A stretch of DNA of 42,730 nt from Nemertoderma westbladi (Eukaryota; Animalia; Xenacoelomorpha). The notes under the pieces were generated by a model. That model was not told the DNA's origin. It worked only from the letters and a program-made list of their open reading frames with translations, and made no database searches. Below are positions 33,660-42,730 of the stretch, in pieces. The stretch lies in NCBI GenBank assembly GCA_032718475.1, contig JAUCBJ010005850.1, forward strand, positions 1 through 42,730, in the 5' to 3' direction. Numbering within the stretch: position 1 is the first letter of the stretch; each line of letters begins with the position of its first letter. The position numbers and the translations under genes were made by a program.

Positions 33660-36392
33660 GTTTATTGATGAGGTGCGAAATGCTAAGGCTTCTTTTGCAC
33701 GAAATAAATTCACTGACTTGCACCAAAATTCAAAAATTAACTCAAGGCGTTGGTTTTCAATGGTGAAAAATATGTTAGGGTATTCGAAAACGTCAAAGGT
33801 TCCTTTCTTACTTGACAGTGATGACAGCCTTTGACAACTCAAACCTGTTAAGTAGATGTTTTGCCAGTTATTCATCACTTCCTAATAAAATAGGCCTCTG
33901 CCTAGCCATATTGCAATAGGCAGTACGTCGTCCTCAATGCGTCAACATTAGGTATATCTGTGTCGGCCATTTCATTCGCATCAAATATGTCAGCTGCTGT
34001 CACACCAATGTTGCCCACTCTAGATATGTTGGCCTTTTCGTCCGCATCAAATATGTCAGCTGCTGTCACACTAATGTCGTCCACGTTAAATATGTCGGCC
34101 TTTTCGTCCGCATCAAATATGTCAGCTGCTGTCACACTAATGTCGTCCACTTTAAATATGTCGGCCTTTTCATCCACTTCAAATATGTCAGCTGCTGTCA
34201 CACCAATGTCGCCCACTCAAGATTTATCAGCCTTTTCATCCACTTCAAATATGTCAGCTGCTGTCACACCAATGTCGCCCACTCTAGATATATCGACCTT
34301 TTCATCCACATCAAATATGTCAGCTGCTGTCACACCAATGTCGCCCACTCTAGATATGTCGGCCTTTTCTTCTGCATCAAATATGACAGCTGCTGTCACA
34401 CTAATGTCGTCCACTTTAAATATGTTGGCCTTTTCGTCTGCATCAAATATGTCAGCTGCTTTCACACCAATGTTGTCCAATTTAAATATGTCGGCCTTTT
34501 CATCCACTTCAAATATGTCAACTGCTGTCACACCAATGTTGTCCACTTTAAATATGTCGGCCATTTCGTCCACTTCAAATATTGGAGCAGCCTTCACACC
34601 AATGTCGACCGCAACACTACCTTCCTCTACCTTAAGTGAAACTAGACAGAACAATGGGCAACATTTTATTGGTAATTCAAATAGCCCCCCACTAAATGAA
34701 GTGTTAGAAGAAGTAATAATTTCTTCTACAGACATTAATAAAGTTATTGATGATTTGGATATTAATAAATCGAGTGGTCCAGATGGAATAGGGAATCTAA
34801 TTATTAAACGTTTTCGTCACATAGATTTAATTCCATTGCTTTTACAAATCTTTAACTGTTGTTTGTTTGCCAGCATGTTTCCATCTCAGTGGAAGACAGG
34901 CCAAGTTGTACCTCTATACAAAAGATGTGAATTCTATCTACCAACTAATTACAGACCCCTGCTCTGTAATTAGTTGGTAGACTATTATTGAACTGCCATT
35001 TTAAAAACCTTAAAAGAGTTGTTCGGAAGTACTTGTGGAAGCACCTTTGCCAAAATATTTTCAGTCCTGCAGTCAGGTTTCAAATCCGGTGACAGCTGCG
35101 TATACCAGCTAATTGGATTATATCATGCCTGGTGCCAGGCATAGGATGAGGGCGATGGTACACGAACCGTATTTTGCAATATTTCCAAAGACTTTGACCG
35201 TGTCTGGCACAAGGGTCTGCTGCATAAACTATATCAGATGGGTATACGTGGTGGTATTCTTGCATTTCTAGAAAGCTATCTTGCTGGGAGGTCCCAGTTT
35301 GTTGTTTTGGATGGAGTGTCATCTTTTCTAGAACTCATTCGGGCCTGCGTTCCACAAGGTAGCATCCTAGGACGTTTGTTATTTCTAGTGTACATCAACG
35401 ATCTCGTTGATGTTATACATTGTAATTGTAATTTTTTAAAATACAAATTTAGAAATAATTCACCAATGGGCTACTAATTGGATAGTTTCGTTTTGTCCAT
35501 CAAAAACCGAATCATTGACCTTGGCATTATCATGTACCTCTTAGTTTAGTCCAGCCTCCTTTGATATTCCAAAACCAGGTAATTACCGATGTCCAAACTC
35601 ACAGACACCTTGGTGTGCACTTTTCACAGTCGCTTTCATTTTCAGCACACATTAGCTCAGTTACTGAATCCATATCCAGGCTCATTTATGTCGTCTGCAA
35701 GAATAGGTTAACTCTACCAAGGAATGCTCTACTAACTATTTATAAATCCTTTATTAGGCCCAAAATGGAATACGCTGCTCCAATTTGGTGCAATATATCA
35801 AAGGAATTATCTTTTGGACTCATTGGAAATTGATGTTCTTAAATTAGTTACGAGGGCTACACCTGGTACTTCCCATAATCTGCTATATAGTGAGTGCAAC
35901 ATACAACAGCTTTCCATGCGTCGAACAGCTATTCAGTTAGTATATATGTATAAGATTGTTCACAGAATATCTCTATCATACCTAACAGATCTCTTACCTC
36001 CATCCTCATAGATACAATCTTCGTAATAATGATAATTATTCTTTATTTAAGTGTAATTAATCCCTATTTTATAATTTTTTTTCCCTTCATCCATACAGAT
36101 GTGGAATGCCCTGAACGCAGAACTTCATTCTAAACCACTTCCTTTATTTCCAAGGACCATTTTTAAGGACAAATCTCCAAGACGTTACTTCAACTTAGGA
36201 AATTGGGAGTTGCAGGTAGCTATGGCACAACTTAGGCTTGGTATGACTAACTCGCAAAGATGACATGGTTAGGAGACACATAAGTTCAAATAATTCCTGC
36301 AAATTCAATGATTGTCTGGGCTCTGCCGAAACAAGCGCACATTATTTTTTTGAATGCAAACGTTACACTGGCCTCAGGCAAAATTTACTTGC
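33660..36392 (+). mobile_element. Degenerate CR1/L2-group LINE ORF2 (linker, RT, C-terminal C/H motif)
   Basis: KSSGPDGI, WKTGQVVPLYK, NYRP, QSGF, KDFDRVWHKGL, VPQGSILG.LLFLVYINDL, HLGV, YKSFIRPKMEY, ETSAHYFFEC; many stops; catalytic xADD segment deleted. Confidence 0.92.
33960..34610 (+). repeat. 66-bp minisatellite (~10 copies) in frame with the downstream LINE RT
   Basis: Encodes (MSAFSSASNMSAAVTPMSPTLD)n in ORF 33960-34973. Confidence 0.93.
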
Positions 36393-36394
36393 TG

Positions 36395-38400
36395 TTTTTA
36401 CGTGGACGATGGATGTGCCGGTGCAGAAACTGTAGATGAGGCGTAAGACCTAGCAATGGGAATGGCAAGTTGCTTAGGAGAAGGAGGCTTTCCATTGGTA
36501 AAATTCCGATCCCCAAACGAGGAGTTGGTGAATAGATTTCCAAAAGAAATCAAGATGGAACATGAGAATATGTATGCCATGGATAGGGAACACTGGGTTC
36601 TAGGGATAGAATGGGATATCCAGAGTGACGACTTCCTGTTCAAATATAAACCCATGGACCGACCTCTGACAAAGAGAGGGTGTTTGTCAATTAAAAATTC
36701 CATATTTGATCCATTAAACTTTATCTCACCTGTTACATTATCAGGGATGAACCTTATTAAGGAGATGTGGATCAATGGCATCGGATGGGATCAGGAACTG
36801 CCTGTGGCAATAAAAAAAAATGGAAGTTTGGGTAAAGAATCTAAAAATCATCTAAAACATCTAAACATCTAAACATCTAAAATTAATGAAGGTTCCACAC
36901 CAATTTTTTCCAGACAAACACCCCGAGGACCTATATCAACTACACACATTCTCCGATGCATCAAACTCCAGGATAGGAGTGGTCACCTATTTGCGACAGA
37001 TAGATGAGGATGGTGGAATCAACACTAGTTTTGTGTTTGCAAAGGCGAAAACTGTATCAGGGGAATTCGTTGCGACGGACCCCAGACTCGACCTCCAATC
37101 TGCTGTATGGGTGGTTCGTCAAAATGGAATGATCCTATGAGAGATACGAATTGACGTCGAATCTGAGCATTTTGGGTGGATTCCAGCATCATCCTCTATT
37201 AACTTCATTCGCCTTGGAGGCATACAATGTTTGTTGCAAACCGTGCCACGGAGATAAAACAATGCACCGATAGGGAACAATGGCTTCATGTGGCTGGAAA
37301 TGAAAACCCAGTGGATATTGCCAGTTGAGGCGCAACACCACGACAGCTGGTTACTAGCAAAAACTGGTTGGATGGTCCAGAATTCCTCTGACAAACTCAA
37401 CTTACTTGGAGTATCCGATTTGATGTGGAATAAAACACTGGAAAGTATACAGAAGATGATAAGGAGCTTAGAAAGGTAAAAGGCGTGAAGTCGGTAGACA
37501 TTTATAACTATCTGACTGAACCTGGATAAAGCTCGGGTAGATGTTATGCAACGTCTTGCTTCTTTCCAACTCTAGACAATACAACAATACACCAATTGAT
37601 AGAACGAAGTTCACAATGAAAAAACTTATTAGTCGCATACTGGTGCTTCGTAATTTTTATGAGGTGGAGACAGAACATCCCAATTATTAAATATAATACT
37701 CAAGAGTATGTAATCACTGAGAAATGTGTCGTGAGATACGTACAAAAGGAATATTTCCTAGATGAGTGGGAATAGTTGGAAAAGGGCAGGACTGTAAAAC
37801 CAGACAGCCCAATTTATCAGCTCAGACCCATATTGGGTAATGATGGATTGATCTGCATGTACACCCATATGGCGCAAGCCCCGGCAGAATATGAGGTCAA
37901 ATATCCTGCAATCATACATGGGTTCTCGCATCTTGCAAAACTCTTAGTAAGACAGTGTCATAAGGACAATTTGCATACCAGACAGAATTGGATAATTGCC
38001 AATATTCGGCAACGCTATTGGATAACACGTATCCAACCCCTTATCATGAAGGTCCTAAAGGGATGCTTCAAAATCTCACTGCCACTTCAGATAAAATGAA
38101 TGGCTGAAATTCCTATAAACAGGATAGTTTCTGATCTACCACTGTTTCATATAACGGGACTGGGTTGCTTTGGACCTTTCACAGTAATTGAAAGGCGATC
38201 CAACATAAAGCAATGGGGAATCATATTTACGTGCCTAAGATCACGAGCAATTTACTTAGACATCATTATAAACCTGTCACAACATGCATATTTAAATGCA
38301 TTAAGACGATTCATTATCAGCAAAGGAACCTGCAGATATATTTACTCTGACAATGGCACCAATTTTGTTGAAAGGAGAAAGGATTTGTTTGGAGGGTCAT
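36395..38400 (+). mobile_element. pol: Second, distinct BEL/Pao pol remnant (RT end, RNase H, partial integrase)
   Basis: FYVDDG, VLGIEWD, FDPLNFISP, LHTFSDAS, RQRYWI, CFGPF, IFTCLRSRAIYLD, LRRF, SDNGTNFV; integrase C-terminus deleted. Confidence 0.93.
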
Positions 38401-38402
38401 TT

Positions 38403-38410
38403 GGGGGGAG
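38403..38410 (+). promoter_or_regulatory. Polypurine tract of the second BEL element
   Basis: GGGGGGAG immediately followed by TGTT. Confidence 0.75.
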
Positions 38411-39186
38411 TGTTCGCGTTATTTCAAATCTGTACCGGGTATTTACCATATTTATAAATTAAACCCAAACGAAAATTCCAAATATACCCGGGCAAAGTGG
38501 GCAAAAAACTAGAAATTCTGAAACCCAAAATTATTCGATTACGGGCTGTTTTTTAGAAAGGCTGACCATGAAATTGTTGGTTTTTCAAAGATAAAATGGG
38601 CCCTGAAGTCCAAGGAATCAAGTACTTGGCTTCAGGTAGAGTTCCTGACAGCCTAGCCTAGGCATAGCCCAGTGCAAAGGGACAACTTATTCTGCATTGG
38701 GTTCTTTTACTGTGTTTAGTACGAGCCTGAAAAGGACTCGGAAGCAAACATAGTGGGACTTCACGCAACGGGAAGGGGATCGGATTTTGGACTGCCTGAG
38801 TGGTGCGCTAGTTCGCTGAGCATAGTACGAGCCTGAAAATGACTCGGAAACAATTGGCATAGCGCTCTGCGAAGGACCAACACTGACGGAGCGAGGTTTG
38901 TGATCTACAAAGTTATTACGAGCCTGAAAAGGACTTGCAACGCAACGGAAGTCGCACTCCTCTGCTCGCATTGACGTTCATTTTGGTCTACAAAGTTATT
39001 ACAAACCTGAAAAGGACTCGGAACGCAATGGAAAACCATAATTTCCTCACTTGTCAGACAGACACTGATGGATGGAGTTGTTTGTAGTTTACGGACCTAT
39101 TACGAGCCTGAAAAGGACCCGGAACGTGAGCATTAAGATGCGATTAACTGAGGAATAAATACTACGGAATTGGTTGCTTGTCAGCA
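38411..39186 (+). repeat. Probable 3' LTR of the second BEL element, right end uncertain
   Basis: Starts TGTT after the PPT; AATAAA at 39154-39159; no AACA end or second copy seen. Confidence 0.55.
38720..39124 (+). repeat. Five 24-nt repeats TACGAGCCTGAAAAGGACTCGGAA separated by 59-82-nt variable spacers
   Basis: Copies start at 38720, 38826, 38917, 39000 and 39101. Confidence 0.9.
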
Positions 39187-39187
39187 A

Positions 39188-39600
39188 GATTCTATTTACT
39201 ACACTGGGAATACGGCGGTCGGTCGGATCGTAATGCAGGCCACTGCCAAATTCTTCATGCCTCACTCAGGCCACCCACCTTGGAGTGCGGTGGGAAGAGT
39301 CCAACTTACGTTAACGACTGGACGAATCGGCGAGGATTGTGATTTGGGTTTAGTGGCACCCCGGACAGCCGGATCCTGGGATTGCCTGGGGGAAATTGTA
39401 GAAAGTCGGGCAGACGTGTATCGCACCAAATTACGTTCTCTGCCACACGAAAGTGTGAGGCGAAATCGTTGTCGAATTGGGTCGGAAGCTGCGGGAATTC
39501 TACTGTTCTACGGGAATAAACTGCAGCTGTCCGGTGACTACAGACGGATACTGGGATGAGCAGGTATTTCGATCGAGTTTCTCGTTTTCTCGATTTTCTC
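39188..39600 (+). pseudogene. ALDH3: Intronless, frameshifted aldehyde dehydrogenase family 3-like fragment
   Basis: Across frames: DSIYYTGNTAVGRIVMQATAKF / TLECGGKSPTYV / EDCDL / IAWGK..GQTCIAPNYVLC / LREFY / SGDYRRI / RYFDRV, colinear with the ALDH3 consensus. Confidence 0.85.
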
Positions 39601-40499
39601 GAATTCTCGATATTTCCTATAAACCACATGGCTTCGCATATTGAACGTGTGATTGGAAATAAGTTTGTGCTACCCTTCCGCCCCTTGGGTGGTAGGGCGG
39701 TTATGTATTGGTTGGTAGGAAGGGGGGGGGGGGGGTGCAGATTAAAAGGGCTGAACACATACTGTCCCCCTTTCTTTGATTGATTGTCAGTTTGGTTAAA
39801 TTTCTCAAATACTGATTTTGTGATACAGTCGCTCAATTTTAATTTGTATCTCATAACTGGGCCTCGTCCTGCGTGAAGGCCCCACGACCGTGTTCACCTG
39901 TCGACGGCATCAACTCTTGCTGAATGGGACGAATATGGCATCAGTTGCATCATATAACATGACCAGAAGATCACCAGATAAATCTGAGATGATATCGGCG
40001 GCTTTCATAAGAACCAACCATAATTGTAAATATGTCCCAACATTTAGATTTCACATCCTGTTCAAGAACCATGGCACCTGGCCAGGTAGGATCAGTACAA
40101 GTGCTACAACAGAATGATCATAATAGAACTTCCTCTTGGTGCTGAGTTGAGACTGTTTAATCTGAAAATATCAGTACTCTTGTGCCACTCTTGAAAATAA
40201 GCACCCCAGGGGCTGTAAACAGTGATCCACTCGGCTGCTCGGGTCCAGATACATCAGACTGTCGGAAGCATTTCAAACAGTAAAGGAGCGGCATTTGCGG
40301 ATATTTCGGATGGTTTTGCCAACGACCAACGACCTGAAGACAGTACCGGTAACTCTGTACCACTGTAACAGTTAACAGTAGGCCTACCGGTACCGTACTG
40401 TAATCCTTTAGTCTCTTAGCAACCAGCTGATGCCAAGCCTAATAATTTTTGGGTAGATTAATTTATTATAACTGTAAGACAGTTACACAGATGCTGCAC

Positions 40500-40740
40500 G
40501 AAGACCCCATGCAAATTCAACTTGTAAAATTTCTAAACTTTGGTCAGACTACATGTGTACCAAGTTTGGTTAAATTTCATTAAGATTTGGCTGAGTTATT
40601 AACGTTTAAAATTGGACACAACAGAACGACAGAACAACAGATCGACAGAACAACAGATCGACAGAACAACAGACACACCGATTGAGTTAGTGGTACCTGT
40701 ATGCTAAGCTCGCTTACTTTCGTCGCTCGCCCCACATATA
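40500..40740 (+). mobile_element. Helentron/DINE-1-like non-autonomous fragment
   Basis: TGTACCAAGTTTGG..GAGTTAT block followed by ACAGA-type short repeats (40621-40676); assigned from general architecture only. Confidence 0.45.
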
Positions 40741-41996
40741 GTAAAGCCCATACCAAAACCTCTAGAATCACAGAATCCTCCAGGACAAATACTATGCATA
40801 AGTAAATGCATCATTTGCCTGGTCGTATAATTTATAAATGATTAACTGAGTGTTTACATTCCTTGAAGATTATATGTTCAGGAATTATTAGGTAACTGAT
40901 CCCACATTATATTAGAATAATGTTCATCAATTTCAAAATGAATGGTGGTGGTAGTGGAGGTGTAGTACATTTTTACAATTCGAAGATATATTTTTATTAC
41001 ATCAATAAATATATTATTGATCTAAAAGCGATATTTGATGTATAGGTCATGGGCTAAGTAGAAACTTCTTTATTGTGGTGTCAGTAAGATATATACATCA
41101 TGATTTACAGTAGCGGAAATAATGAAATTTAATACCCCGAAATACTGAATCAGATCAGTATAAAGTCTGAGTTTATAATCTTTTGTGTTGGTGTTTTATC
41201 GAAACCCTACCACACATAACTACACTGTGGTTGTATACAATGCCACTAGAATCCTCGTCTATGGGGAGGATACTCTTCTCTCGAATGAGTGAGTCGAGCA
41301 AGGAGACAATGGCGGACAGTTTGTGACGCATTGAACTCCACCATACAGTCCCTTCCGTCAGAGTTGAATATGATAACTGGACGATGGGAACTCCACGAAT
41401 AAACTAACAAGTGAAGTTGGAAGACCTGAGTCTTTGAGGAGAGGTTAATATGTGGGCTCTTTACAAACCCAGTGAAGATTGAACTCATCTTTCTTGGAGA
41501 TCAGTCCTGCGAATCCCTTACGCATCTATTACATCATCAGATAGATTAATATTATTATATTATTACTATTATAGTTGTCATGATTTCATGATAGAATACA
41601 ACTTATTTTGGCAATTCATATCTACATAAAATTGAAAATGCTACAAAATACCAGTCGAATTACTGGGAGCAAAACTTTTGATAGGAGTATCGCCCACCAA
41701 TGCCTCGGGTAGCAGCTATCGAAAGAGGAGCCTTTTGATCAAAATACCGCTCCGGCTATGGATAACTGTATGCCTCAAAATACAATAAAAATACAAAGAC
41801 ACAGGTCTTAACGATGGAAGACCTAATGACAAAAGAACTTAATCAGCGTTACCAAATCATTTATAGCACAGTATTCCGATGTGGGGCTAGCCACGAAGTA
41901 AGGTGAGCCTTAGCCTGGGGTACCATTAAGCAACCTGTCATTCTATTGCTCTGTAGATCCGAATATTTCCAAGGTTAATAACCCATCCAAACAAGG

Positions 41997-42032
41997 ATGA
42001 AATGTAACCAAACTTGGTACAAAAATAGTCTG
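41997..42032 (-). repeat. Inverted copy of the 40544-40580 block
   Basis: Reverse complement CAGACTATTTTTGTACCAAGTTTGGTTACATTTCAT versus CAGACTACATGTGTACCAAGTTTGGTTAAATTTCAT. Confidence 0.75.
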
Positions 42033-42730
42033 TCAATGTTTACAAATTATCCAAATAGAATTTACGTACGGCCTTTGAGAATTCGAGTAACGAAGTTAAA
42101 AAGCAGCTAATTAGTTAATTATGTTAATTGCGGCAAAAACGGTATTTTCAGCATGACCTTTCATGGAAATTAATTAATGTCTACCATGAGATTATTAAAA
42201 ATTATACAGCTGTAATCCCCATACCCCAATCCATTATACATAGTTTTTAATTAGTTCAAGTGATTTACTTTAAGCGATGTGTGCACTACTGCTTGCAAAT
42301 CCCCATAAAAGATTGTTTGTCATGCCAGGGCCAGCCTGTTTATTTCCCAGCACCACTCTACTAACCTACTGGACTGCGACTGGGAATTTTAGTCCCTTTG
42401 TGAATCTGGTTGCGGGAGTGTTTGTATTTATTGTGGTGGGTGGAGGGGAGCCTATAGTTAAATCGTGCTTTATGTTTATATTTATTGCTTTATATATTAT
42501 CTTTATATTTATATTTATCATATGTTAATAATATACGATAACATAGAGTTAAAAAAAAAAAAATCTAGGATAAAAAAAAAACCTACCTACAGTATCTATG
42601 GGTCGACATTCAAGGGTACTCTCCATAGAATGTATTGAGAGCAGAATTTAGGTCCGCCACTGTGAGGCATTGAACTGCGATCGTCAGCTGGTTGTTGGAA
42701 AAGTTTGTAAATCTCCCTTATGTGACTGTT

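Noticed and set aside
38720-39124. True CRISPR array
   Set aside because: Eukaryotic LTR context, no cas genes, and long unequal spacers that share residual similarity.
41190-41545. Penelope GIY-YIG remnant (SGIVY..C) and hammerhead-like CTGATGA on the minus strand
   Set aside because: No YIG motif and no GAAA core or stems; too degenerate to support without a search.
42277-42528. Hydrophobic 83-aa ORF
   Set aside because: Hydrophobicity comes from T-rich low-complexity sequence; no splice or homology support.

Overview
AT-rich animal (probably invertebrate) genomic DNA, almost entirely repeats and nested retroelements; coordinates were read by eye and diffuse repeat edges are approximate. 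1-17 kb is a patchwork of mini- and satellites (inverted 19-bp arrays, a ~146-bp satellite with dimeric higher-order structure, 15-, 18-, 43- and ~165-bp repeats), DNA-transposon-like ends and LINE fragments. The only apparent host gene is a minus-strand array of seven 123-bp calcium-binding EGF exons (17591-30985). One exon is split by an 11.6-kb BEL/Pao LTR retrotransposon (18542-30102, ATTCA target-site duplication). That element has lost its integrase, carries an extra triple zinc-knuckle ORF where env would sit, and hosts an RTE-like LINE and a palindromic TTAA (Kolobok-type) MITE. 31.5-39.6 kb is an end-to-end mosaic: Gypsy gag-pol, a BEL fragment, a CR1-like LINE with a 66-bp coding minisatellite, and a second BEL pol plus LTR. 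That LTR holds five 24-nt hairpin repeats with variable spacers and is fused to an intronless ALDH3-like pseudogene fragment. The best candidates for novelty are the accessory zinc-knuckle ORF, the hairpin-spacer array and the LTR-ALDH3 fusion.
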